Below are positions 19,834 to 29,616 of a DNA stretch of 64,000 bases, one piece after another; positions within the stretch are counted from its first letter, which is position 1, and each line of letters starts with the position of its first letter. Origin of the DNA: Candidatus Cloacimonadota bacterium (GTDB taxonomy: Bacteria > Cloacimonadota > Cloacimonadia > JGIOTU-2); the NCBI GenBank assembly GCA_016932035.1, contig JAFGDR010000023.1:9775-73774 (forward strand), given 5' to 3'. Position numbers and translations under genes: made by a program. The notes below the pieces were generated by a model, which had not been told where the DNA came from, did not search any database, and saw nothing but the letters and a program-made list of their open reading frames with translations.

Positions 19834-20961
19834 TTAAGGCAAAAACTGCAACGGATCGTAGGCCCGTCCATCCAGCCGAACCTCGAAATGAACATGCGCA
19901 CCTGTTGCATTGCCGGTCATTCCAACCTTTGCAATGATTTCCCCTTTTTTAACCTTATCACCCTTACTAACAAGATTTTCCTGATTATGTGCATACACCG
20001 TCATAATGCTGTTATCATGCTTGAGAATGATGACATTTCCATAGCCGCGTTGTTTTCCCGAATAAGCTACTTCACCATCTAACACTGCTTTTAATGGAGT
20101 GCCTTCAGGGCATGCGATATCCAAACCTTTATGTGGTTTCCCGTCACGAGTGCCGAAGCCAGATGTGATCTGCCCTGTACAAGGCCATATGATACCGTAT
20201 TTCTGGAATTCAGATTTCTTTATTACCGGTTTAGGAATCGTATATTTTGAATTATCATCCTTGGATTGTGGGGCAAGATAGAGCTTCTGTCCTACAAAAA
20301 TATTATCAGAACTCAAGCTGTTGTAGTTCTTTAATTCATATATTGACAAGCTGTAGGTTGATGCAATTCTATAAAGTGTCTCACCCTTTTTAACAACATG
20401 ATATTTTGGTTTCTTGGTCTGTGTGGTTTGAACCTTGGGTGTTTCGATCTTTTCTTGAGTTGGTTGAGGTTTGTCTATTTTTTTCGGCTCATATTGCTTT
20501 ATAGGTGTGGTAACAGTTGTGGTTTGAATTGTTGTACCATTTAAAAGTAATTTTTCCCCGGCTTTAATCGTATAGGATGAAAGTTGGTTCCATTCCATCA
20601 ATTGTTCGATAGGAATGGAATACATCTTAGAGATCCTATAAAGTGTCTCACCTTTTTGAATAACATGATAACCGGATGAAGGAATGTCCTTTTTTGTAAC
20701 ATAATACTGTTGTGGGTGCTCTTTACTATATAAATATATTTTTTGTCCAATGAGAATTTTATCTGATGGAAGATTATTTATCCTTTTAAGAGCATCTACA
20801 GTTGTTTCGTACTTCTTAGCTATTGAGTATAGGGTATCTCCTTTTTTTACAACATGATAATCATCGGATTCAGTAATATATGTTGGATTTGGAGAAAATC
20901 CAAGCAATAGAAGGCATAAAAAAAGAATAATAAGTTTAGTATACAATTTCGAATGAATCAT
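19834..20961 (-). CDS. LysM x3 plus M23 metallopeptidase (NlpD/MepM-like)
   Basis: Three YHVVKKG.TLY.IA LysM repeats; M23 motifs HKGLD, YAHN and HVHFE. Start probably MIHSK at 20961, ahead of the hydrophobic signal. Confidence 0.9.
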   Translation of the reverse strand: MIHSKLYTKLIILFLCLLLLGFSPNPTYITESDDYHVVKKGDTLYSIAKKYETTVDALKRINNLPSDKILIGQKIYLYSKEHPQQYYVTKKDIPSSGYHVIQKGETLYRISKMYSIPIEQLMEWNQLSSYTIKAGEKLLLNGTTIQTTTVTTPIKQYEPKKIDKPQPTQEKIETPKVQTTQTKKPKYHVVKKGETLYRIASTYSLSIYELKNYNSLSSDNIFVGQKLYLAPQSKDDNSKYTIPKPVIKKSEFQKYGIIWPCTGQITSGFGTRDGKPHKGLDIACPEGTPLKAVLDGEVAYSGKQRGYGNVIILKHDNSIMTVYAHNQENLVSKGDKVKKGEIIAKVGMTGNATGAHVHFEVRLDGRAYDPLQFLP

Positions 20962-21208
20962 ATTCAGTTTGTTCCGGGTCTTCTTCAATGATGATGTTGT
21001 CAACGCGTGCTGAAGGAGGTCCTAATTTGATTTTATCAATAAAGGGTTCCAGGTTTTCGGCATCGCCCTGGACCTTGATTTCAACTTCTCCGTTATAAAG
21101 ATTTTTTACATATCCATACAGATTATACTGACGTGCATTATAGGTTGTAAAATATCGAAATGCAACACCCTGTACAATGCCTTTTATGATGATATGTAGT
21201 TTTTTCAT
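20936..21208 (-). CDS. acyP: Acylphosphatase
   Basis: G.VQGVAFR, GYVKNL..GEVE and GPPSARV motifs. Confidence 0.93.
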   Translation of the reverse strand: MKKLHIIIKGIVQGVAFRYFTTYNARQYNLYGYVKNLYNGEVEIKVQGDAENLEPFIDKIKLGPPSARVDNIIIEEDPEQTEYDSFEIVY

Positions 21209-21209
21209 T

Positions 21210-24113
21210 TTAATCAAATACAATTATTTTTGGTCTTACTACTCCAGCGCGAATCTGGGTATGACCATTCATATATATTTTTCTATGATGATGTTCTCTG
21301 AAGAAGTCTTCAAAGACGGCATTCATTCTGAAATCACCGAAACCTTCTGTCAATATTATCGGGAACGGTATAACCTCATTTCCCGTGAGTGCAACACCGA
21401 TCTCTTCTCCGATGAATGAAACGAGGTCTTTATTATCGATGGACGGAGCGATAACACCCCCAACATCACTTTCTGCACACAATTTGAGAAATTCATAATC
21501 GATTTTATCGAAGCAAATAAGAATGGTATTTTTACATTTATCTTTTTCGAGAACCGGTTTTGATAGGATCATCATATTGCTTGTTCTTTCGCGACCGAAT
21601 CCGATAATCCCGTTGAGAATACTTCCGTTATACTGTATCATAACTGATACATTATCCTCAACATCGATAACATCTCCGCTCACATGAGCCAACAGTTTGT
21701 ATGGTTCATTTTTATACTGAATCGTAACAGTTCCATTTTCTATATCAATATCAGTTATGACACCAGTCGTCGGTGATGGTATCACATGACTGAAATCTTT
21801 CTCAAGTCTTGCTGCAAGCGGTTCATAGGTTTCGATAAAATCTCCTTCATGCTTTTTTAGGTAACCTTTGATATGTTTTGGATTGATTTTCAGTTCTTTC
21901 GCCACATTTACTTTATAAGGTTTGGTCGAATAATCCTGGATTTCGCGTAGAATGATCGTGCCAGTTTCGAAATTGATATGTTCAATCGTACCTCTTACAG
22001 GTGTCCTGTACGTGCTGCTCTTACCAGAAAAAGCTGATATAACTCCACGATCTGCAATATCGAGAATCTTCTGATTGAATTTTACCGACTCTCCCTCTTT
22101 AATGCAAATACTTTTCTCCATGAGTCCGGGTGTGAGGTCAAGATAATCAAGTGTAAACAGAGAGAGCACATAGATCTTTGGCGGGGCATATTTATTCTCA
22201 CCGATAAGAGTATCATACGTAACCGGATCACCCTTGCGAACAAATAGTTCACCTTCATATGGTAGTTCCCGTTTGATTGTGAATGTGCCATTTTCAATTG
22301 ATTTATGTTCAAAAAATGATGAGAAACATTCTTCGATTTTTTTATTGGATGTGTCTTCTTTGAATAAATCAAGCTCTTTATTATATTGCTCAAAGAAAGT
22401 ATTTTCTTTGAAACGGGTATCGATCAAGAGGGGGAGTTCAGTATCCAATTCAAATTCATGATCGTTATTGCCTAAAGAAAAGCCTTTCTCGAGTTTGATT
22501 GAGATATTGCGAGATTCTTTCTGATCATTCGGAATATATTTCATTTCATCTGAAAGAATAGAATACGTTTTATCTTGTATGCTAATATCCATTACTTTTC
22601 GATTTGGTTTCATCTGTTTATAAATCGGATGAATACATAGACCGATTTTTTGAAAACACTCTTTATGTATAAGTTCACATGCAATTTCTCGATCTATTTC
22701 ACTGAGTTTTCCGAGATGAGGTGAAATGAAATGATTATCCCGCCAGACCTCTGTAATTCCGGAAGGTTTCAGTCCATCACAGATGGTCAATAGAGATTGT
22801 TTTTCGGATGGTGCATTTGAAAGTACGCCACCAGCACCGATCATTATGCCAATATCTTTCATATGAAAGGAACGCTTCGACTCAAGCTTTTCAACATAGA
22901 AGCATTCAAGGAATTTGTCGAGGTCCATGTGTTTTAAGCGATCAAGAATCCCAATATTTTGAGTATTAAAATGCATCTTCATATGCTGGTCTTTGGACAG
23001 GCGGATCGCTTCACGTGCAACTGCATGTTCGATTGCAATCTGAATATCATCATCAGGCACATAAAGAGGATAGAGCATTTTATTCGAAATATAATTTCTT
23101 AAGTAATTTTCATTAATACTATCGGGTAGCCACTTCTGCACATTATCGAATCCTGCATCTTTCATTACATTCGATATACTGTAACTCATTCCATAATTTG
23201 CGCTTACAGTTCGGTGATAATTTCCCAGTATATTTGAAAAAACGTCAGTCGTTGCGCCACCAATATCAACTGAAATTACATTCTTTCCTAATTCTTCACT
23301 GACAATTTTCAGCGTATTGATAACTCCAGATGGTGTTGGAATGATATCACCTGCAACGACTTTTTTCAAATCACCATATCCGGGCGCTTGTTCCATCACA
23401 TTATCCATGAAGAGCTGGTGTATCTTTTCCTGGGCTGGTGGAAGATTTTCATCTTGGAGAGTTGGACGAAGATTTGGTACAATATAAAGTTCAAACTTCT
23501 CTGAAAAAAGCGATTGAATAAAGGATTGTGCATCTTTATTGCCGGCATAAACAAGCGGGATTTTTGTCTTATCTCCAAATTTTGGTTTAGGATGAGCGAG
23601 TGAAAGGAGTTCACCCATTCGTACAATACTGCTTATATTCCCACCATCAGTTCCACCCGAAAAGAGGATGATATCCGGTCGCAGCAAACGGATGAGCTGC
23701 ATTTGCTCAACAGCAGTTCTGTTATCGTTAATAGCAAAGGTGTCGAGTATAACACCTCCGGAACCATACGCAGCTCGTTTGGCGCTGCTAGCTGAATCGA
23801 ATAATGTCAGACCGAACACAAGAATCTGCAGTCCACCTCCGGCACTACTCGTCGTCAGATAAAGTGTATCTTCAGAAAAATGAAGGCTTTGTGAAGAAGC
23901 ATTCTTGTGTAGAAGCGATATATGGTTCTCCTCCTCGATCTGTTTTATAGCTTTAAAGATTCCTATCTTAACATCTTCCTGTGGACTCTCTACTGTTGTA
24001 CCAACATTTTTAAGAGCAGTAAGTGTATATAATGAGTTATTCTTTTGGAAAAGGACAGCTTTTGTTGTTGTACTGCCAATGTCTGTAATAAGTAAATTTT
24101 TTTCTAATTCCAT
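21210..24113 (-). CDS. GlmL/MutL-like ASKHA (actin-fold) ATPase fused to a C-terminal region of barrel-sandwich hybrid repeats
   Basis: TDIGSTTTK, TSSAGGGL, GGTDGGN, MPTP-like IIPTP and DIGGATTDVFS motifs. The C-terminal ~360 aa has V.KGD.V / KEGE.V / SPTTG repeats and ILTEGFG. Confidence 0.8.
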   Translation of the reverse strand: MELEKNLLITDIGSTTTKAVLFQKNNSLYTLTALKNVGTTVESPQEDVKIGIFKAIKQIEEENHISLLHKNASSQSLHFSEDTLYLTTSSAGGGLQILVFGLTLFDSASSAKRAAYGSGGVILDTFAINDNRTAVEQMQLIRLLRPDIILFSGGTDGGNISSIVRMGELLSLAHPKPKFGDKTKIPLVYAGNKDAQSFIQSLFSEKFELYIVPNLRPTLQDENLPPAQEKIHQLFMDNVMEQAPGYGDLKKVVAGDIIPTPSGVINTLKIVSEELGKNVISVDIGGATTDVFSNILGNYHRTVSANYGMSYSISNVMKDAGFDNVQKWLPDSINENYLRNYISNKMLYPLYVPDDDIQIAIEHAVAREAIRLSKDQHMKMHFNTQNIGILDRLKHMDLDKFLECFYVEKLESKRSFHMKDIGIMIGAGGVLSNAPSEKQSLLTICDGLKPSGITEVWRDNHFISPHLGKLSEIDREIACELIHKECFQKIGLCIHPIYKQMKPNRKVMDISIQDKTYSILSDEMKYIPNDQKESRNISIKLEKGFSLGNNDHEFELDTELPLLIDTRFKENTFFEQYNKELDLFKEDTSNKKIEECFSSFFEHKSIENGTFTIKRELPYEGELFVRKGDPVTYDTLIGENKYAPPKIYVLSLFTLDYLDLTPGLMEKSICIKEGESVKFNQKILDIADRGVISAFSGKSSTYRTPVRGTIEHINFETGTIILREIQDYSTKPYKVNVAKELKINPKHIKGYLKKHEGDFIETYEPLAARLEKDFSHVIPSPTTGVITDIDIENGTVTIQYKNEPYKLLAHVSGDVIDVEDNVSVMIQYNGSILNGIIGFGRERTSNMMILSKPVLEKDKCKNTILICFDKIDYEFLKLCAESDVGGVIAPSIDNKDLVSFIGEEIGVALTGNEVIPFPIILTEGFGDFRMNAVFEDFFREHHHRKIYMNGHTQIRAGVVRPKIIVFD

Positions 24114-24152
24114 GTTTTGATTTTTATGAAGGGGTGAAATGCTGTAAAGTTT

Positions 24153-25142
24153 TTAGCCTTTCAAACCGCTGGTAACAAAACTTGAAATGATTTGTCTCTG
24201 GGCAAAAAGGAAGAGAATGAGAAGAGGTGCAATCGAGAATGTTGATGCAGCCATAAGAAGTGAAGTGCTTGAAGACGCTTCCTGAGCAAAGTAGGAAAGA
24301 CCCACCTGGAGTACTCTCAGATTATCGCTGCTGGTCATAACCAATGGCCACATGAAGCTGTTCCAGCTGCCGATCAAGGAAAAGATAGCTGTTGTTGCGA
24401 GAATTGGTTTTGAAATCGGCAAGACGACTCTCCACAAAATACCAAATTGTGAACACCCATCAATGACTGCTGCGTCGAAAAGATCTTGGGGAATTGTCTT
24501 GAATTGCTGCCTGAGCAGGAAAATGCTGAATATATTTGCGATCCAAGGAACGATCAGAGCTTGGTAAGTGTTTATCCAATCGAGTTTTGTTAGAAGAAAA
24601 TATGATGGTATAAGGTATATCGGTTGAGGAACCATCATCATGCTGATGAAAAGATAAAATATGAAGTCTCGTCCCTTAAACCTCATCCGTGCAAAAGCAT
24701 AAGCAGCTAATGAGGATGTTATCAATACTCCTATCAGGACCGAAAACGAAACGATAAGTGTGTTCAGGAAATATCTGCCGAATGGAACTTTTGTAAATGC
24801 TTCGACATAATTATCCCAGTGAAATTTTATTCGTTTGGAAGACTTGATTTCTTCAGATGGAACTTTAACATAGGATTCTCTGAAAGTTTTACCATCTTTA
24901 TCGTAAATATTAATAACCGTAAGGTTCTCTTCTTTTGCAACGATCTCACAATGCTCTTTCTTGCCATCATGAATATAATAGTTCACGAACTCGATTGGTA
25001 TAAACCCCACGCTTCCTTTATTAACCGTTGTTTGCGATTTTAAGGATGTAGATACCATCCAGATGAAAGGTACAACCATGATCAGTCCGCAGAGGATGAG
25101 CATGAAATATGAGAAACCTTTTCCGAAATATTTTTTCAGCAT
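24153..25142 (-). CDS. Carbohydrate ABC transporter permease (MalG-like)
   Basis: PFIWMVSTSLK, AAYAFAR, EAA-like loop DLFDAAVIDGC, WNSFMWP. Confidence 0.9.
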   Translation of the reverse strand: MLKKYFGKGFSYFMLILCGLIMVVPFIWMVSTSLKSQTTVNKGSVGFIPIEFVNYYIHDGKKEHCEIVAKEENLTVINIYDKDGKTFRESYVKVPSEEIKSSKRIKFHWDNYVEAFTKVPFGRYFLNTLIVSFSVLIGVLITSSLAAYAFARMRFKGRDFIFYLFISMMMVPQPIYLIPSYFLLTKLDWINTYQALIVPWIANIFSIFLLRQQFKTIPQDLFDAAVIDGCSQFGILWRVVLPISKPILATTAIFSLIGSWNSFMWPLVMTSSDNLRVLQVGLSYFAQEASSSTSLLMAASTFSIAPLLILFLFAQRQIISSFVTSGLKG

Positions 25143-26083
25143 CAGTACTGCACCTTTTTCTCGAGCTGTTTTTGCAGAAGGGTCAGTGAAAGGATGATAA
25201 TAAAGAGGACAAGCGCAATTGCGCTGGCATAACTCAAGTTTTGAGATTCCCCAAAACCTGTTTCAAAAATATAATACACGATAACTTTTGTTGTACCGAG
25301 TGGTCCTCCTATTGGTGGTCCTGTCATCAAGTACACCTGGGAGAATACCTGGAATGTTGTTATCGTTGTCATTATGAGCACATAAAATGTTGTAGGGGAG
25401 ATAAGAGGAACAGTTATTTTGAAGAACTGCCTCCATTTGCTTGCACCGTCGATTTCAGCAGCTTCGTAATATACTTCAGGAATGTTTTGAAGTCCAGCAA
25501 GATAGATGATCGTATTGTATCCCAAACTTCTCCACACGCTGACAATAATGATCGCGAAAAGTGCAAGTGAAGGTCCTCCGAGTGCTTTTGGAATATCGAT
25601 GCCCATCGATCCAAAAAGTAGCGTGAATATTCCTCGTGGTTCGGAAAGCCAATCGAGACCGTGAATTCCAAAGAAACTAAGCATATGGTTCATCAATCCA
25701 CCCTGAGGTGAGAAGATGAGTTTCCATAGGATTGAAATCGCAACGAGAGAAGTGACGGTAGGAATAAAATAGGTTGTTCTGAAGAGACTAGATAGTTTCT
25801 TTGTTCTATTCAAAAGATTGGCAAAAAAGAGTGAGAGAATTAATGTTGATGGAACGACAAAAATTACAAGATAAAATGTATTGAGAAGTGATTGCCAGAA
25901 TCCGGGATCCTGGAAAAGTTTTAAGTAGTTTTGGAATCCTATAAATTGTTCGGGACCATGAATTGTCCATTTAAAGAAGCTGATGATGAATGAGAGTACT
26001 ATTGGAATGAGACGGAAAGCAAATACTATCAAAAAGGCTGGTAAGATATACCCAAAAGGGAAATAGTTTTTCTTTGTTCTCAT
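25142..26083 (-). CDS. Carbohydrate ABC transporter permease (MalF/UgpA-like)
   Basis: FIGFQNY and YLAGLQNIPEVYYEAAEIDGASKWRQFFKITVPL (EAA motif). Confidence 0.92.
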   Translation of the reverse strand: MRTKKNYFPFGYILPAFLIVFAFRLIPIVLSFIISFFKWTIHGPEQFIGFQNYLKLFQDPGFWQSLLNTFYLVIFVVPSTLILSLFFANLLNRTKKLSSLFRTTYFIPTVTSLVAISILWKLIFSPQGGLMNHMLSFFGIHGLDWLSEPRGIFTLLFGSMGIDIPKALGGPSLALFAIIIVSVWRSLGYNTIIYLAGLQNIPEVYYEAAEIDGASKWRQFFKITVPLISPTTFYVLIMTTITTFQVFSQVYLMTGPPIGGPLGTTKVIVYYIFETGFGESQNLSYASAIALVLFIIILSLTLLQKQLEKKVQY

Positions 26084-26101
26084 CAGCTCCTACATAATAA
26101 A

Positions 26102-26175
26102 TGGCTGGGGTGCAGGGATTCGAACCCCAATAGGCAGATCCAGAGTCTGCTGTCTTGCCATTAGACGACACCCCA
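26102..26175 (-). tRNA. tRNA-Gln(CTG)
   Basis: Cloverleaf; anticodon arm GCAGA-CTCTGGA-TCTGC; T-loop GTTCGAATC; encoded CCA. Confidence 0.95.
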
Positions 26176-26185
26176 TGGTTATAAA

Positions 26186-26260
26186 TGGCTGGGTCGGGAG
26201 GATTCGAACCTCCGGATGCAGGGACCAAAACCCTGTGCCTTTCCACTTGGCGACGACCCA
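26186..26260 (-). tRNA. tRNA-Gln(TTG)
   Basis: Anticodon arm CAGGG-TTTTGGT-CCCTG; GTTCGAATC; CCA end. Confidence 0.95.
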
Positions 26261-26272
26261 CATTTCTATAGA

Positions 26273-26365
26273 TGGCGGAGAGGCAGGGATTCGAACCCTG
26301 GGTAAGATGTTACTCCTACACACGCTTAGCAGGCGCGCACCTTAAGCCAACTCGGTCACCTCTCC
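26273..26365 (-). tRNA. tRNA-Ser(GCT)
   Basis: Anticodon arm CGCGC-CTGCTAA-GCGTG; long variable arm; GCCA end. Confidence 0.95.
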
Positions 26366-26378
26366 TAAAAGAACAAAA

Positions 26379-26464
26379 TGGCGGAGGATGAGGGACTCGA
26401 ACCCCCAAGGGCAGAGCCCGGCGGTTTTCAAGACCGCTGCCTTACCAATTAGGACTAATCCTCC
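26379..26464 (-). tRNA. tRNA-Ser(TGA)
   Basis: Anticodon arm GCGGT-CTTGAAA-ACCGC; variable arm GGGC-TCT-GCCC; GCCA end. Confidence 0.92.
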
Positions 26465-26599
26465 GTTTAGATTTCACATATTCTGTAAATTAGGATGATA
26501 TAATCCGAAGCACTCTTCTCGCATGTCAACATTTTCAAAAAAAATCCTAAAATTCCATTTTTGTTGACACGACTGCCGCATATCGGCATTTCTCACTCT

Positions 26600-27439
26600 A
26601 TGCAAAATATCGGAATATTCTATAATCCAACGTTGTTTAAAAATATTCAAAAACTCCAATCCCATATTGAGTTTCTTGTAAAGAACAGCTTTAATGTTTC
26701 ACTTTTAGGAAGCCAAAAGCGGGACAGGTTAGAGAATATTTCATATGTTCAAGCATTTACAAAAGATAATATTGATTCACTTATTGTACTTGGAGGAGAT
26801 GGTACTATTCTTCTCGCTTCAAAGTTGGTTCTGAAAAAGGGAATACCAATACTTGGATTCAATCACGGCAAACTTGGATTTCTGTCTGAATGTGATAAAC
26901 ATGAGTTTGAATTTGTGATCTCAGCATTGAAGAACGATTCATATTCAATCGAAGAAAGAATGGTTTTAGAATATCTTCCCGCACTTGATAGAGCTGAAAT
27001 TCGATATGCCCTGAATGACTGTGTTCTTTATAAAGGAATATACCCAAAGATGCTTACCTTTGAGGTGTTTGGAAATCAAGAATTCCTCTTTAATATCGAA
27101 GCTGATGGGCTTGTTGTCTCGACACCAACTGGTTCAACCGGTTATAATATATCAGCTGGTGGATCGATAGCTTTTCCAAGTACGAATGTATTACTTTTAA
27201 CACCGATAAATCCTCATAATCAGTTTATCAAACCATTCATCTTATCTGCTGACATGTCCCTTACAATAAATTACATCAAAGGTGATAGCCAGGTCTGTAT
27301 TGCAATTGATGGTGAAAATGTTGATGCTGTAGATAAAAATATTGAAATATTGATAAAAAAATCTGTATATCAATCAAGATTTATAAAGTTGCCGGACAAG
27401 AGTTTTGCAAAAATAGTAAGAGAAAAATTTATCGGTTAA
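26600..27439 (+). CDS. nadK: NAD kinase
   Basis: GGDGT, G.LGFL, ALND and DGLVVSTPTGSTGYN.SAGG motifs. Likely start is ATG 26600 (MQNIGIF). Confidence 0.93.
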   Translation: MQNIGIFYNPTLFKNIQKLQSHIEFLVKNSFNVSLLGSQKRDRLENISYVQAFTKDNIDSLIVLGGDGTILLASKLVLKKGIPILGFNHGKLGFLSECDKHEFEFVISALKNDSYSIEERMVLEYLPALDRAEIRYALNDCVLYKGIYPKMLTFEVFGNQEFLFNIEADGLVVSTPTGSTGYNISAGGSIAFPSTNVLLLTPINPHNQFIKPFILSADMSLTINYIKGDSQVCIAIDGENVDAVDKNIEILIKKSVYQSRFIKLPDKSFAKIVREKFIG

Positions 27440-28062
27440 TGTACACAAAAAAAGACGGATTCGCTCGAGCAGATTTTGATCCTAAGACAGTACTGTCTGT
27501 TCCAAATATTGTAACAATGGTTCGTTTGATCATCTTACCTTTTGTACTCGTCGCTCTTAACAGACAGCAAAACATTCAAGCATTTATTCTAATACTACTA
27601 GCCGGTTTTACTGACGTTCTCGATGGATTCCTGGCAAAAATACTTCATCAGGCAACAACTATCGGCAAGATCCTTGATCCGGTAATAGACAAGATATTTA
27701 CTGTAGCTGTTCTTATTTATCTCTATGTTTATAGAGGTTTCCCAGGATGGGCATTTTATATAATCATAATATTGGAACTCATGATCCTGGTTGGAGGATA
27801 CTTGCTTATAACGAAACATCATCAAATTCCAAGCTCAAGTTTTTATGGTAAACTTGCTGTTATCATCATCAGTCTTGGAATGTATTTTTATATTATTGAT
27901 GTTGACAAAATAAATTCATTATCGTTTGTAGGGGTAAATATTAAAGTCATTACAGTTAGCCTAGGAGTTATTTTGTTAGTAATAGCAACTGTTACATATG
28001 GATGTATTTCCAAAAAAGAGATTAGAAAACTTAATAAACATATTGGAACGAAGGAGAAATAA
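27439..28062 (+). CDS. CDP-alcohol phosphatidyltransferase (PgsA-like)
   Basis: PNIVTMVR and D..DG.LA......T..G..LDP..DK signature. Confidence 0.9.
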   Translation: MYTKKDGFARADFDPKTVLSVPNIVTMVRLIILPFVLVALNRQQNIQAFILILLAGFTDVLDGFLAKILHQATTIGKILDPVIDKIFTVAVLIYLYVYRGFPGWAFYIIIILELMILVGGYLLITKHHQIPSSSFYGKLAVIIISLGMYFYIIDVDKINSLSFVGVNIKVITVSLGVILLVIATVTYGCISKKEIRKLNKHIGTKEK

Positions 28063-29030
28063 TGGCATCTTTATATCTATCGAGAAGAATTAAGAATTTT
28101 ATTATGCTTGGTATAATTATTGTAGCATTTATAATTGCATTTAACAAATCGGATATAATCAATGCTTTTCTTAAACCTTCCGATGTAATGGGGCATGCAC
28201 CTAAAAAAGCTCAAGAAATGTTCCAGCATTCAAAATATGACACCAAGGTTGAACTTAACTATATAACTCCAGAAATCAAGGATTTGAAAAACGAGATCGA
28301 TGACTGTATAATCGAAAATGATCTTAATACAATTTACTCGAAAATTTCATCAAATAACTTAACAAAACTTATTGAAATACCACGTGATAAATATAAAAGT
28401 ATTATTATTTCATTACGTGACCATGAAGAGTTATCCTCGGATGAACTTGTACAATCGGCTGAATCAGCTTCAGCTGAATTTCTTAATCAAAGAATCAAGG
28501 ATGAAGAAAAGGTAAAAGAGAAAATATTAAATGATCTTTCTCAAGTACGCAGTGTTTATGAAACAGAGAGTCTTCAAGAAAACTTGCAACGGCAGAGCAA
28601 CATACTCGACTCACTTAGACAGACTCTCGCAGAAAGAAAGCAGCACATGAATAACGTCCTTGCAAAAATCGAAGTTTCTCATTTTGTTTCCAGAACTGAT
28701 GTAACCGAGAGTGCTTTGAAGACTTTCCTCATAACTTTTGCTGTTTCACTACTCTTTATTTCAATAGGTCTTTTTGTAATATATTTTATACTAATACTTT
28801 TTACAAAACTCTTTTCAGTTCTTGGTATTAAAACAACTCATGGTCAACCTTCAAGGTATAGTGGTTATAGTGGATATGGTGGTTATGGTAGATATGGTTC
28901 TTCATCATATGGCCATGGTTATGATTACGGCAACCGCAAGAAGATAAAAAGAAAATATATTAGAAAACCAAAGAGTGAAGTTGAGGAACATTTAGAAAAA
29001 GATGAGAGTGAAGATAAAGATACGAAATAA
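28062..29030 (+). CDS. Membrane-anchored coiled-coil protein (DUF4349-like layout) with Gly/Tyr/Ser-rich tail
   Basis: N-terminal TM segment, central coiled coil, C-terminal TM segment, then a low-complexity tail. Confidence 0.55.
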   Translation: MASLYLSRRIKNFIMLGIIIVAFIIAFNKSDIINAFLKPSDVMGHAPKKAQEMFQHSKYDTKVELNYITPEIKDLKNEIDDCIIENDLNTIYSKISSNNLTKLIEIPRDKYKSIIISLRDHEELSSDELVQSAESASAEFLNQRIKDEEKVKEKILNDLSQVRSVYETESLQENLQRQSNILDSLRQTLAERKQHMNNVLAKIEVSHFVSRTDVTESALKTFLITFAVSLLFISIGLFVIYFILILFTKLFSVLGIKTTHGQPSRYSGYSGYGGYGRYGSSSYGHGYDYGNRKKIKRKYIRKPKSEVEEHLEKDESEDKDTK

Positions 29031-29042
29031 AGCTTTTGTTCA

Positions 29043-29270
29043 ATGACTGCCTGGCTTTTATTAATTGTTACTGGACTTATTTTAATGTTTATAGAAATAT
29101 TAAGTGATCAAGTGATTTTCTTAAGCTTTGGCTCAGCCGCAATTATTACTGGCATGCTTCACATTATATTCTTAAAAAATATCCTTATCTCACTTCTATT
29201 TTTTTTTATAATTTCCCTATTAAATCTATTTGTTATGAAGAAGCTCGTTATCAAGATGTTGAGGAGATAA
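29043..29270 (+). CDS. Small membrane protein resembling the NfeD/YbbJ N-terminal TM part
   Basis: W...G.IL...EIL....IFL.FG.AA..TG pattern; no C-terminal OB fold. Confidence 0.55.
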   Translation: MTAWLLLIVTGLILMFIEILSDQVIFLSFGSAAIITGMLHIIFLKNILISLLFFFIISLLNLFVMKKLVIKMLRR

Positions 29271-29347
29271 AAATCATCATTGCAAAGGTTGACAAATAAA
29301 TACATACAGCAATTTTATTGCTCAAATTATATAATTTAGGAGATTGA

Positions 29348-29608
29348 ATGCCAGATCATAAATCTTGTGAAAAAAGATTGCGTTCAGACGAGAAAAAGAA
29401 GGAACGTAATCATTATGTTAAAAAAAGCATAAGTACGATCATGAAGAAGATCAAGAAGAGTACTGATAAAAAGGAAATGGAATCATTGTTAGTGCAAGCT
29501 TATTCTCTTATTGATAAAGCAGTGAAAAGGGGAGTTATTCATCGCAATAATGCCGATAGAAAAAAATCAAGGTTAAGTAAATTTGTAAAAAACTTTGAAG
29601 CAAGCTAA
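29348..29608 (+). CDS. rpsT: 30S ribosomal protein S20
   Basis: P.HKS.EKR.R...RN...IDKAVKRGVIHRNNADRKKSRL. Confidence 0.96.
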   Translation: MPDHKSCEKRLRSDEKKKERNHYVKKSISTIMKKIKKSTDKKEMESLLVQAYSLIDKAVKRGVIHRNNADRKKSRLSKFVKNFEAS

Positions 29609-29616
29609 AATCTATT

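Noticed and set aside
21210..24113. DNA mismatch-repair MutL, or reactivase of the window's methylmalonyl-CoA mutase
   Set aside because: The motifs are ASKHA, not GHKL. MCM normally uses a MeaB GTPase, and the gene lies about 14 kb from the mutase.
25971..26323. ORFs of 96 and 77 aa over the tRNA cluster
   Set aside because: They are shadows of the tRNA genes.
26379..26464. tRNA with TGA in the anticodon loop as a possible tRNA-Sec or opal suppressor
   Set aside because: Anticodon TGA reads UCA (Ser); a UGA decoder needs anticodon TCA. It has a normal 7-bp acceptor stem and is 86 nt long.
26102..26464. tRNA 3' ends as an integration site for an island
   Set aside because: No integrase or duplicated tRNA end was seen nearby.
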